Shown here one piece after another: positions 36,068 through 46,661 of a stretch of 64,000 bases of DNA. This stretch comes from Minisyncoccota bacterium (GTDB lineage: Bacteria; Patescibacteriota; Minisyncoccia; Phycocordibacterales; UBA918). A model generated the notes under the pieces. The model did no database searches and had not been told where the DNA came from. It saw only the letters and a program-made list of their open reading frames with translations. The stretch is taken from positions 38,465-102,464 of the forward strand of contig JAWKSR010000001.1 in assembly GCA_041389005.1 (NCBI GenBank), written 5' to 3'. Each line of letters starts with the position of its first letter. Position 1 is the first letter of the stretch. A program made the position numbers and the translations under genes.

Positions 36068-37927
36068 ATGTACAACAACAACGAGCACCCGTCGTATATA
36101 CACACGGCCGGGAAAGTCACTGTGGTCACCACCCTCCTGGGGACTGCAGTATTTGCCTTGGTGTTTCTTTTGAACATTGGTCAGAAGGAATTTCAAACGG
36201 CAGAAGCACAAAGTCAGGCAACCACATCTGTTTTGGTATTGAATACACCACCACAGTGGACGCTTAATGCGTATGAAGTGACAGAGTCTTCAACCTCCAC
36301 ACCAACCAATTCCGGTGATGATGTGCAGTGGTCAGCGATTGCAACAGACTCCAATGCTGAACCATACTGGCTTTTGGTTTGTAGCAACAATGCCACTCCA
36401 ACTCCAGGAACCAGTACCTCTACTCCAACCTGTGGAACTGGTGCTACCCAGTGGGCAGTCTCAGCTACTACCACTAGCGGTGCGCTGGCGGTCGCAGCAA
36501 CTACTACCACTGAAGTAGCACCGTTTGCAGAAAAGCAAGATTGGTACGCCTGGATCTGTGACGCGATTGACTTAAACGCTCGTTGTAACAACACTCCAAC
36601 CAATGGTCTCTCCGCCACTAACTCATCACCTTTCCATGTAAACAGCCGACCAGTCTTCACCGCGTTCTATGATGACTCACCGGCGGTGCCAGGATCGGTT
36701 GTTACTTTTACCTCAACTTCGTCTGATTCCGATACAGTGGGTGGAGCAGATACACTGCAGCTCATTGTTTGTAACGAGGCAGACTACAACAGTGCTACCA
36801 ATGCCTGTGGAGCTGGCGGTACTTTAGCGACTTCAACCTTTGTTGTGAGTGACGCAACCGCTACCTATACCATAGTTATCCCTACTCAAGATCAGGACTA
36901 TACTGCCTATGGGTACGTTGTTGACGAACATGGTCATGAGGCATCTGGCGGTTCACAAGGAACTGACGCTACGTTGACGGTAGACAATATTGCACCAACA
37001 GTTGCCGCTGCATCAATTGTTATCAACGGTGGTTCTGACATGGTTCTTACCACTGAATCAGGAGAAACTACCGGCTTTACCCTTGATTTCGTTGCTACTG
37101 ATAATAACAGTTGTGAAAATGCCGCCACTACTGACGAGATTGTAGACTATACCGTGTCCCTCTATCGAAATGGCTCTGGTGTGAGTAGTACCACTTGTGA
37201 TGCAGAAGGTAGTGGTGCGTATGATCCCAACAACTGTTATCAAAGTGAAGTGGGAGCAGCCGTCTGGAATCTTTCTTGTACGGCTTCATCAACTAGCTGT
37301 ACAGGACCGACTGACACTACACAGTTATTCGAATGTACGTTCCCGTTGTGGTATGTAGCTGATCCAACTGATGGTGGTGCTACTAACACCGTACACTTTG
37401 CCCTAGACTGGTCAGCGGAAGTAAATGCTGTTGATGATGATAATGCCACTGGTACTGATTCAGAAGCTTCAACCGGACAAGAATTAAATAGTTTGCTTGC
37501 CTTTGCCCTCAACACGCTCCAGATTCCGTATGGAGAACTTGAACCGGGCAACGATACCGGCACGCTTTCAGCCACCACTTCGATTGCAGCAACTGGTAAC
37601 GTTGGTCTTGATGAAGAGTTGACTGGTGAGTCTATGTGTACAACCTACAGTGGTGTGACGCCATGTCCAACTTCAGCTACCTCTACCATCCCCGAAACTG
37701 AGCAAGAGTTTGCAACCTCAGAGTTGGCGTACGGGCTAGGGACGGCACTTTCTTCAAGTACGCAGCAAGAATTGGAGATCAATGTCTCTAAGACCACCAG
37801 TACTTCGACACCAGCAACCGGGCTCACCTATTGGGGTATTGCAGTACCGGCTACCATTAGTCTTGCCGGTCTCTATACCGGAGAAAACACTTTCTACGCT
37901 GTCGTGAGCGAACCGGGTGACTGGTAA
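36068..37927 (+). CDS. membrane-anchored/secreted surface protein sharing its C-terminal domain with the giant protein
   Basis: Intact 619-aa ORF with N-terminal TM VTVVTTLLGTAVFALVFLLNI; T/S-rich. The C-terminal ~300 aa (IAPTVAAASIVINGG .. LTYWGIAVPATISLAGLYTGENTFYAVVSEPGDW) align by eye with 30790-31573. Confidence 0.8.
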   Translation: MYNNNEHPSYIHTAGKVTVVTTLLGTAVFALVFLLNIGQKEFQTAEAQSQATTSVLVLNTPPQWTLNAYEVTESSTSTPTNSGDDVQWSAIATDSNAEPYWLLVCSNNATPTPGTSTSTPTCGTGATQWAVSATTTSGALAVAATTTTEVAPFAEKQDWYAWICDAIDLNARCNNTPTNGLSATNSSPFHVNSRPVFTAFYDDSPAVPGSVVTFTSTSSDSDTVGGADTLQLIVCNEADYNSATNACGAGGTLATSTFVVSDATATYTIVIPTQDQDYTAYGYVVDEHGHEASGGSQGTDATLTVDNIAPTVAAASIVINGGSDMVLTTESGETTGFTLDFVATDNNSCENAATTDEIVDYTVSLYRNGSGVSSTTCDAEGSGAYDPNNCYQSEVGAAVWNLSCTASSTSCTGPTDTTQLFECTFPLWYVADPTDGGATNTVHFALDWSAEVNAVDDDNATGTDSEASTGQELNSLLAFALNTLQIPYGELEPGNDTGTLSATTSIAATGNVGLDEELTGESMCTTYSGVTPCPTSATSTIPETEQEFATSELAYGLGTALSSSTQQELEINVSKTTSTSTPATGLTYWGIAVPATISLAGLYTGENTFYAVVSEPGDW

Positions 37928-37949
37928 AAATAGAACAAAACAAAACTCC

Positions 37950-37987
37950 ACAACCGCCGTTATCCCAATGGCGGTTGTTGCGTTTTA
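37950..37987 (+). terminator. rho-independent-type terminator
   Basis: ACAACCGCC-(11-nt loop)-GGCGGTTGT followed by TGCGTTTT. Confidence 0.65.
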
Positions 37988-38035
37988 GCGTTATTTTTCC
38001 GATAATTATAAACAAGGCGCTTCGCGCATATTTTC

Positions 38036-38987
38036 ATGCTTAGGAAAAGTACAGCCCTGTTGCTTTGTTTGTTGCTACTCAGTTGATTGGTTGAATCTTG
38101 CCCATGCTGGTTTTGGTATAACTCCTCCCTATGTACACGCAGCACGAGTCTGACCAGGAATTCTGTGTATGAACAAGAAATCCTTATGGTCCGTAGCGAC
38201 CCGACACGGGATCTTAAAGCTGTTATGAAGTAGATGCTCCGGAGATTGCTTCCTGGATTGAGATGTCGGAGAAAAGTATTCCATTACCAAAAGGAAACCA
38301 AAGTGTACCACTAACTGTACGGGTGACTGTGCCAGCAAATGCTGACTTCACCCGGTACGAAGGGGTGATGCGCATTAAGACGGCTACTCCTGATGACTCT
38401 GTTTCAGCTGGAGCGGTAAGTATTTCTCTGGGCGCGCAAGTAGATATCGATCTAACGGTAATTGACAAAGAGATTGAAGATTTTCGAGTCCGCAAGATAT
38501 CACTACCAGATCTAAACGAAGGACATAAACTCGGCTGGCTCTACTTCCCAGGCAAGATACGTTTTAAGATGCTCCTTGAAAACACTGGAAACGTAGATGT
38601 GGCACCATCTGAAGTTGCTTTCAATATCTATGATGCCTCGGGCAAAGCTCTGCTGAAGAGACTGCCCACACAAACCGTATAACTAAGGTGGCACCGTTTG
38701 CAACTGAGGAAGTGGAAGCGCATGTACCAACTCGTTTACCAGCTGGTAGCTATATTGCCCGCTATACCATTATGAATGGCGAGGAGGTGAAACAAGAAGG
38801 GGAATTGTCACTCAGTATATTGCCATATGGCAGTGTACAGGCGGCTGGTTATGGTTTCTTGGTTTCTCACACACCAACTTACATTATCTTTGATCGGTTT
38901 CTGTTATTGCGCTCATTTCACTGTTGTTCTGGTATTCACGGCGCGTGCCGCGCGGTTGATCATCATGTTGTTAAAACGGTCCTATAG
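38036..38987 (+). pseudogene. WxL-interacting-protein-like two-domain membrane protein, heavily frame-broken
   Basis: ATG 38036 gives MLRKSTALLLCLLLL. Fragments: GITPPYVHAA, VYEQEILMVRSDPTRDLKAV, ORF 38263-38682 (IPLPKGNQSVPLTVRVTVPANADFTRYEGVMRI; LENTGNVDVAPSEV), and ORF 38688-38987 (PAGSYIARYTI), followed by a hydrophobic C-terminal segment. At least 5 frame changes. The 3' end is uncertain. Confidence 0.55.
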
Positions 38988-40079
38988 TTCAGTGGCGCAT
39001 GTGCCTTCTGGTATTTCATCGCAGTAGCGGGGCAATTTGCACACGCGCAGTATGTTGCTACCACGACGCTGCAGCTGAGTAATTGTGGAGACTCCGTGGT
39101 ATCTGGGTCGGAGGCATGTGATGTGCCGGGTGAAACAGGTGAGTACAGTACCACTATTGCTGGTCGGCAGTGTGATGTAGATTGTCAGTTCGGACCATAT
39201 TGCGGCGATGGTATTTTACATACTATTTACAATGAAGAGTGTGATGACGCCAACAACACCAGCAATGACTTTTGTAGTGCTGAATGCAAGATCGAGTTTT
39301 CTGGTTCCGGTGGAGGCGGTGGAGGCGGTGGAGGCGGTGGTTCTGGTGGTAGTAACACGGAAATTGGAGATACCAGTGTGCAGGTAGGAGGTCTTGCCTA
39401 CCCGCAACGGACGGTCAACGTCCTTTTAGATGGTGAGTCTGTTGGCGATGTACGAGCTGATAGTGATGGAGAGTTTTCACTGTCAATAGATGCAGAGCCG
39501 GGTACTGCGACCTTGGGTTTTTGGTCAACTGACGCCTTTGGCACTCGTTCTATAACCTATTCAACAACGTTTGACGTCACGCAAGGTGCAGTAACAAACG
39601 TCAACGGCGTGTTATTGCCGCCAACAGTACGAGTGAATGATAATGAAATAAATCCAGGTGATATAGTCACTATCTCTGGTCAGGCACCACCCAACCGAGA
39701 GGTCAGTGTGTATGTAAATGACAGTGTAATTGCTGAAACGACTGCCAGTGGGGATGGTGATTGGTCAATTGCTTTTGACACTACTTCACTCACGCCAGCG
39801 GAGTACACGATTAAAGCTCGCTATACCACTGGTTCTAGCGCTCTCAAAACGGAAAGTGGCTTTAGTAGTGCGGTCGCGTTATTTGTTGGAGTTGATGGTA
39901 CCGTGGCACGTCCGTCTGACTTGAATCGCGATACGCGTATTAACCTGATTGATTTCTCCATCCTTATTTTTTGGTGGGGCACAGCAGGTGGTGATTCTGA
40001 TCCTCCGGCTGATATCAGCCAAAATGGGCGTGTGGGTCTCGAGGACTTTTCTATCCTTCTCTTTAACTGGACTGGTTAA
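38965..40079 (+). pseudogene. secreted protein: Cys-rich repeats, poly-Gly linker, two Ig-like units, dockerin-like pair (paralog of the 4193-6076 C-terminus)
   Basis: ORF 39096-40079 is open upstream to ~38990, encoding FSGACAFWYFIAVAGQFAHAQ (signal peptide). The nearest ATG, 38965, is in another frame. CGDSVVSGSEACD..CGDGILHTIYNEECDDANNTSNDFCSAECK resembles Myxococcus-type Cys-rich repeats. G12 linker. DLNRDTRINLIDFSILIFWW..DISQNGRVGLEDFSILLFNWTG. Confidence 0.75.
39309..39341 (+). repeat. tandem 9-bp repeat (GGTGGAGGC x3 plus partial) encoding poly-Gly
   Basis: Read directly. In-frame, so copy-number change would only alter linker length. Confidence 0.8.
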
Positions 40080-40100
40080 AACCCGACTAATGTCGGGTTT
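40077..40100 (+). terminator. rho-independent-type terminator overlapping the stop codon
   Basis: AAAACCCGAC-TAAT-GTCGGGTTTT. Confidence 0.7.
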
Positions 40101-40103
40101 TAA

Positions 40104-40195
40104 CCGATCCTGCCGAGAGGCAGGAATTCACGATGCCGTCTAGGCGAGGGAATAGGTGGGATCCAGTATTAAACGAAGGCACTTTCGCCAAGAAG
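40104..40195 (+). repeat. intergenic repeat element, copy B
   Basis: Aligns with 31596-31687 with about 9 mismatches. Hairpin 1 is conserved; hairpin 2 carries two non-compensated changes. Confidence 0.75.
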
Positions 40196-40611
40196 AAACT
40201 CTATACTTACGTATCTTTCGTTCAAAATCATCCGTTCGCGCTGAGAAACGTCTCCCCATGCGCTTTGCACACCGGTGTTTTCACGTATATTCTGTGCATA
40301 AGTAACCCACTCTTTTCTTTAGTGACAAGCTACAATGTACGAGTACTTGCCTTAGAAGATGGCCTTTAGACCGTCGTGTCTGGCGTCACTTTTAGCAAGA
40401 TGGGAACAAAAAATTGTGTGTTGTCGCATTGCTAGACGTGGCGCTGGAAGACACCAACAGCCGGGTGTTATGAGTGCAAGTATGCTTACGCTGTTTTTAA
40501 GATTCGGAGTGGAGACCGAATCTTATCCGGGGCACCCACCACGTGCTCCATTGGTACTGCTGTTGTCGCACAGACAGTATCCTGCTGTAAGCTAATATAT
40601 GTAGAGCTAAT

Positions 40612-41749
40612 ATGTTTCGCACGGGAACAACGTCCGTTCGAATGCTCCAAGCTGTATCGCTCACATTGAGTCTCGCTGTCCTTGTTTGGTCATTGGGACT
40701 CTCACCAGTATCGTTAGCCCAAGCGGCTAGCCTTACCGATGTCAAAAATACACTCACTGATTCAGATATCAGTGCAGCATCAGATCATGCTATCCAGTTT
40801 GTTATCCCCTCCGGCTCTGCCGGAGTGGAAGCAGGGGAGACCATTGTGGTCACCTTTCCAGCTGGGTTCACTATGGGGTCAGTCGGCGTAGCTGACATAG
40901 ATCTCGAGGTAGATGGTGTTGATGAGACACTTGCTGGTTCTCCTTCAGGAGCAACCTGGGGTGTCGGTGTAGCTGGACAGGACATCACCTTCACTAGTGG
41001 TAGTGCTACCATTGGTGCGAATGCAACGGTGACCGTAAAGTCGGCACCAACGCTGATGGTGGTTCAAATCAGGTAACCAACCCTGGTTCGTCTGGCTCGT
41101 ATGAGTTTGACATCGTATCAGGTAGTGGGGCGAATAACGACACCGGTTCAACCCAGTCGCTATCCTCGACAATGTCGGCGTAACTGCAAGTGTTGATACT
41201 ATTTTCAACTTCACTGTTGGCGGATTCCCATCTGTCACCGGTGTAGCGGTTAACGGCACCACTACCACAGCAACTTCTTCAGCTACGGAAATACCATTTG
41301 GCACGCTTAGTGCGGGTGAAGTGGTAACCGCAGCACAACTCTTGAATGTTTCAACTAACGCCAGTCAAGGTTTTGTTGTGACTATCGAGCAAGATCAAAA
41401 CTTACTATCGTCTACTGGCGCTGACATTGATGGCTTCGCAAATGGTGCGTACACCAACACACCAGCAGCGTGGTCTTCACCAAGTGCCACCATCGGTAAT
41501 GAAGATACCTATGGTCACTGGGGTATCACATCAAGTGATGACCTTAATGGCGGTGAGTTCAGTGCTGATCTATGGGTTGCTGCTAGTACGACCCACGGGA
41601 AATCTTCGAAGAATGATGGACCAGCTGACGGTGTGACCGACAGTGTTGGTTCCACCACCGTTGGTTTCCAGATTGAGGTGTCATCACTCCAGGAAGCTGG
41701 AGATGATTACTCCACAACGCTGACGTACATCGCGGCACCAACGTTCTAA
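40612..41749 (+). pseudogene. paralog of the 1363-2496 fibre protein (WxL-like C-terminus), at least 2 frame breaks at 41040-41320
   Basis: ORF 40612-41076 (LTDVKNTLTDSDISAASDHAIQFVIPSGSAGVEAGETIVVTFPAGF) and ORF 41321-41749 (GHWGITSSD..GDDYSTTLTYIAAPTF). The bridging residues (KIGTNADGGSNQVTNPG; VAILDNVGVTASVDTIFNF) lie in other frames. Confidence 0.75.
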
Positions 41750-41776
41750 CCACTACGTACACAGTACGTAGTACAT

Positions 41777-41799
41777 GCGATCAAGCTATGCTTGATCGC
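41777..41799 (+). terminator. 10-bp stem-loop after the fibre paralog
   Basis: GCGATCAAGC-TAT-GCTTGATCGC. No U-run follows. Confidence 0.4.
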
Positions 41800-41943
41800 A
41801 GGAAATCCATATACGTTTCCTAAAACGGTAAATAGCTTCGGAGCATACAAAAGTCCTATCTCCCACCACGAGAGGGGCTTTTTGCTTATTACTTTACACA
41901 CGAGTAACGTAAGGAGACCTTAGTAAAAGGCTATAATAGACCC

Positions 41944-42938
41944 ATGAGAAGTGTACTCGGTGGTGTTTCTTTAGCGGTATGTCTTTTGGTTTTGGCGGTG
42001 CCTGCACACGCGGCTACCTTGTACTTCGATCCGTACCAAAGTGAAATATATCCTGGAGATACGGTCTCCGTGGCGGTGCAGTAGATACCGATGAGGAGAG
42101 TGTATCAATGTTGTCGGCGCAGTGATAACGTATGATCCAACTATTGTGCCAGTCGATGTCTCGCGCGGACAATCGAATTACTCCAATCTGGGTGGAAGAA
42201 CCGACAATTGATACCGAAAATCACCAGATTACATTTGCCAGCGGTATTCCGAATGGCTATTGCGGACGGATTGCTGGAGACCCCCGATTGAGCAATATAG
42301 TACTCGAATTACTATTCCAAGCACCAGCATTTACCATTAAAACGGTAGAGAGTGAAAACACAGATATTGCCACCATTGCTTTTACAGATGCAACTCAAGT
42401 ACTTTTAAATGACGGCACGGGCACTCCAGCGCCTTTAACCACACTGGCAGCTGAGATATACAAACACGCTAAGCCACGAAGTGAGCCAGTTGATGAGTGG
42501 TTGCAGCGAGTACTGCAGGATACTATTCCACCAAATAAATTTAGTGTTACGCTTGATAGCAATGCGTCTATTTACGCTGGTCGTTATTACGTCACTTTCA
42601 ATACTACCGATAAGCAGTCAGGAATTGACCACTACGAGATTATGGAAGAACCAATTGACGACTTCGATCTCTTTGCGTGGGGTGGTGTTGATGCTCCGTG
42701 GCGTGAAGCTCGTAGGTCCTACTTATTGAAGGACCAAAGTCTTAATAGCACCATTCGCGTAAAAGCAGTTGATAAAGCCGGGAATGAATACGTGGCGGTG
42801 TATGTACCAGAAGAAGATATGCGAGGGGCGTCTGATCGCGATTTGGCAGGTTGGGGGTTGATTGTTGCAGGACTACTTTTGATTGGAGCAGCGATTGCTG
42901 CCGTGGTGTCAGTACCGCATACGATTGCGTCGTTATGA
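41944..42938 (+). pseudogene. membrane-anchored cohesin-like protein (frame breaks at ~42080-42130)
   Basis: ATG 41944 gives MRSVLGGVSLAVCLLVLAVPAHAATLYFDPYQSEIYPGDTVSVAV. Then GAVITYDPTIVPVDVSRG.. and ORF 42132-42938 (ITPIWVEEPTIDTENHQITFASGIPNGYCG), with C-terminal TM GLIVAGLLLIGAAIAAVV. Confidence 0.6.
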
Positions 42939-42969
42939 AACAACATTCCCAGATGAAACATAATATTAC

Positions 42970-44708
42970 ATGACCCGTACCTTTCATTTCAGCATAAAAA
43001 TGCTATTCATCGTTAGTATGCTATTAAGCTGGCAGGCAGTTGAAGCAGCGACACTCTCGCTTTCTCCCGGGACTGGCGTCTATACTGCCGGCGGCACTTT
43101 TACCGCTCGAGTAGTAGTAAACACTGCTGGTGAGTCTGTAAACGCCGCTGAGGAACCTTACGGTTTGATACGAATAGTCTCTCAGTAGTTGGTCTGACCA
43201 AGGGTTCGATTTTTAGTTTGTGGGCAGTTGACCCGACTTATTCCAATAGTGCTGGGACGATTAGTTTCGGCGGAGGATCACCAAGTGGGTATAGTGGCGG
43301 TGCGGGTACGGTTCTCTCGGTGACATTTCGAGCTAAGACAGCCGGGACTGGTAAGGTGACGTTTTCTAACGGCTCAGTCTTAGCAGCGGATGGTCGTGGT
43401 ACTAATGTGCTTACATCAATGAACAGTGGTTCGTACACTATCGCCGCCGCTGAAGTGCCCGCTGAACCAGAAATAATCGAGTATGTTGCTCCACCTGACA
43501 CCCCGGGTGCAGCTACTATCACCTCAACCACGCACCCTAACAGTGACGGCTGGTTCTTGAGCAACACAGCGGAACTGGAATGGACCGTACCAAGTGATGT
43601 GACTGCTGTGCGTACACTGCTTAGTGATAGCGCTGGCAGTATTCCTACCAAAGTATATGAACCCCCAATTAGCAGTCTTACAATCAACGATTTGGAGGAA
43701 GGGGTGCAGTATTTCCACTTGCAGTTAAGAAATGCTGATGGGTGGGGGCGTGTCGCACACTATCGCCTAGCGGTCGACACAACAGACCCAATCTTTGATC
43801 TTGAGTTACCAGAGGCAGCAGACCTCTCCAATCCAACTCAGATATTTAACTTTAGCGCGAGCGATACACCGTCCGGGATAGCCAAATATACTGTGCAGAT
43901 AGATGGTGGGGAGGTAGTGGATTTCATACCGCAGTCTGCTACTAGTAGTTATGTGACGCCGGCGCTCTTGCCTGGACAGCACAGTATGGTGGTTGAGGCA
44001 TTTGACCAAGCGGGAATAGTGTAGTTGACACCATTACATTTACTGTATTGGCGTTTGACCGTCCTGAATTCACTGAGTATCCAGTTCGTCTGAATGCTGG
44101 TGTGATTCCAGTGATTAAAGGTGTGACTAGACCACAGTCAGTAGTAACTATCTCACTAGAAAAGCAAGATGGTAGTGTTGCGCAAGAATACGAGGTCACC
44201 GCTGACGCGGCGGGAGTCTTTACATTTATCCCTGACGGCGCGTTGACCAACGGAGTGTATGAATTAACTGCCACTGCCATAGACACATATGGAGCCGCAA
44301 AGTGAGCGGTCTGAACCTGTGCGTATTGTCGTTGAAAAACCTGGGTACTTAACAATTGGAACTTGGGCAGTAAATGTATTGTCCGTATTGATACCACTCC
44401 TTGCGTTAGCAGGTTTTACTGCTGTTTGGAGTACTCTACGTGTGGCGGCGAAGCAAAGCTGTTGGTGTGGTGGTTAAGAAAGAGACAGCTGAGGCACTCC
44501 AGGTAGTTGAGAAACAGTTTGTAAACATGCACAAGGTGCTCGAGAAAGAAGCTAAAAATATGGCGGCTTCTCGGCGAACAAAAAAACTTACCAAAGCCGA
44601 GACTTCACTCATTGAGTCGGTGCGGATGGGACTTGCTGATGCTGAAAAAACTATCAAAAGGAGGTAGCAGATGTCGATGATATTATAGAAAAAATAAACT
44701 CACCATGA
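42970..44708 (+). pseudogene. membrane-anchored cohesin-like protein, paralog of 6611-8132 (at least 5 frame breaks)
   Basis: ATLSLSPGTGVYTAGGTFTARVVVNTAGESVNAAE; FSLWAVDPTYSNSAGTISFGGGSPSGY..VTFRAKTAGTG; Ig-like units; TM in ORF 44289-44477; charged tail. With one A added at 44656-44659 the frame ends in TGA 44706-44708, overlapping the next ATG (ATGA). Confidence 0.65.
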
Positions 44709-45355
44709 AATCCACACCGGTAATTAGTATTGTTGCTCTAATAGTATTTTGTCTAGTACTTTCCTACGGTTACGTTCGTTACACACAGGCTGCTACTCGA
44801 GCAACACTCGAAGCTCATATAGGGGAAGTCGAGTTAACCTTACGCGAAACCGCAGAAAATCTAAAGAACAACACTGAAGATGAGTTGGTTGCAACTTATG
44901 TTACTGATTGTTCTAATCGTACGAGAACTCAATTTGACATGCATCTTGATACACTGGCTTCATTATCCACGGCAGAATTAGAACAAACCGAGCTATTGTT
45001 TGAAGCGTGCGCTGACTATTTTGCTCACAAAAAACGAGCTGAAGTCGAAAAACTGCGGATGGAATTACGTTCATATGAACATTTAGTAGATACGTATGAT
45101 GTTATTGCACCAACAGCAAATCGTGTATGGCAACTTGAGGATTGGCACTTGTTTTTAAGTTTCCAGGAACAACTGGCCGCTCTTCTAGAGGCACAGGTCC
45201 CAATTCAGCAAGAAATTATTATCTTACTCAAGTCAGGTGTCCCAGAAGGTGATCCAGCGATTAAAAGTCAGGTTGAAGCAGCCCAGGAAATTACTCAAAC
45301 TGCCACAGTTACTACACGGCAGATGAGTAGTGTCTACACACGGCTGAGCCAATAG
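44705..45355 (+). CDS. hypothetical N-terminally anchored helical protein
   Basis: Intact 216-aa ORF. TM PVISIVALIVFCLVLSYGYV, then a helical E/L/Q-rich sequence. The start overlaps the upstream stop. Confidence 0.65.
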   Translation: MKSTPVISIVALIVFCLVLSYGYVRYTQAATRATLEAHIGEVELTLRETAENLKNNTEDELVATYVTDCSNRTRTQFDMHLDTLASLSTAELEQTELLFEACADYFAHKKRAEVEKLRMELRSYEHLVDTYDVIAPTANRVWQLEDWHLFLSFQEQLAALLEAQVPIQQEIIILLKSGVPEGDPAIKSQVEAAQEITQTATVTTRQMSSVYTRLSQ

Positions 45356-45360
45356 TACGT

Positions 45361-46106
45361 ATGCTTCGAGTACTGCAACGTTGGTTATACTACACATCAT
45401 TCATTTTTCGCACCCGCCGGTTTCGTACGGTTCGCTATGCATTCCCGGTTTTGATAACTGCTTTCTCGTTGATTGGCGCTGCCGTTTTGTTGCAAGGCAA
45501 TGCATCATATTTACGTATTGAATCTTCTCGTAGTGCGGTACAGCCAGGAGAAACTTTTTCTTTAGATTTGTATGCCGGGGCTCACGTACCAGTAAATGCT
45601 ATAAATATTGAGATTACATACCCAGATGAAGTTATTTCAGTTGAAAGTATCGATATTGGTAAGTCAGTAATCACTATCTGGACACAGGATCCGCATGTAG
45701 AGGGTGATCGTATAATTTTTAGTGGCGGAACCTACCGCAAGGGTTTTATTGGTGAGCATCTTATCGCCACCATTGATGTAAAAGCTCGCGAAGATGGTAC
45801 CGCTGTCTTTAGTGCTGAAAACATCACGTTTTTGGCTGGAGATGGCACTGGAGAGGCGGTTTCACTCTATGCCAGCAAAGATCAGACGGTAGCCGTAGCG
45901 GTAAACGCTACAGAAGGAACCTTGACCGGTACCGTTGACGTCTATGTATACACTGATATAGATGCTGACGGTGTCGTGACGATGACAGATATTCGGCTTT
46001 TATGGCAGCTTGGCACGATAAAGACCGCACGTTTGATTTTAATGGTGATAATCGAATGAGTTTTCGGGATTTTGCCATTATTTTGGCAGATTCTTTTAAT
46101 CGTTAG
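45361..46106 (+). pseudogene. membrane-anchored protein with cohesin-like domain and dockerin-like C-terminus (one frame break ~46020)
   Basis: TM VLITAFSLIGAAVLL. LRIESSRSAVQPGETFSLDLYAGAHVPVNAINIEITYPDEVISVESI..ITIWTQDP..IIFSGG..IDVKAREDG. DIDADGVVTMTDIRLLW, then in another frame FDFNGDNRMSFRDFAIILADSFNR with stop at 46104-46106. Confidence 0.65.
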
Positions 46107-46243
46107 AGCTGGCCCATTCCCATATTCATGCCTGTTGATAACTAAAGCGCGAAAGCGGGATATTTAGTAAAATTAGTAGTGTGATGGGCGAGTCTCGGGT
46201 GCCGAGACGACCTCTCGATACCCGAGATATGGCGTAAACAACG

Positions 46244-46658
46244 AATGCCATGCTCGAACAACGTGAAACCCAACAAAAAAGGTTACATAACGCTCGAAGA
46301 AGCAGCTAGTTTGCTGGATACACTCCCGACTACATCGGGCAGTTAATACGTGCTGGCAAAATCAAAGGTCAGCAGGTTTATGAGTGGTGTCACTTGGATG
46401 ACCACCGAAGAGGGTCAAGCATACAAAACTGCCCAACAAAAAGGCGTGCCCGCCAGTAGCAGACAAACTGGTTCAAGTGAACGTTATCGTTACTCCATAC
46501 CATTTTTGGGTGAGCGGTCTACACTGCTCTTGTTTGTCGTGCTTTTTGGTACGGCAATTTTGCTTATGCAATATGCCATTTATGTGGCGTTGACGGGTGA
46601 GCGTGCTTTTGGTGTCGAGACGCGTAATACCGAAATTGCTCTGCATGAGGATGTTTAA
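46244..46658 (+). pseudogene. HTH (excisionase/MerR-like) + TM protein (one frame break ~46310)
   Basis: KKGYITLEEAASLL, then after a frame change ...DYIGQLIRAGKIKGQQV..GVTWMTTEEGQAYK, then TM LLLFVVLFGTAILLMQYAIYVAL. Confidence 0.5.
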
Positions 46659-46661
46659 ATC

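Noticed and set aside
40133-40595. ORFs 40133-40369 and 40359-40595 (+) and 40497-40757 (-) in the 530-nt spacer upstream of the fibre paralog.
   Set aside because: They have no motifs, odd composition and no start context. They overlap the intergenic repeat and each other. The spacer is treated as non-coding of unknown function.
46185-46235. Overlapping alternative hairpins (TCTCGGGT / GCCGAGA / ACCCGAGA) upstream of the HTH-TM gene, considered as an attenuator or riboswitch.
   Set aside because: The stems are short (6-8 bp), no known riboswitch consensus was recognised, and no leader peptide or terminator U-run is present. There is not enough support to call it.
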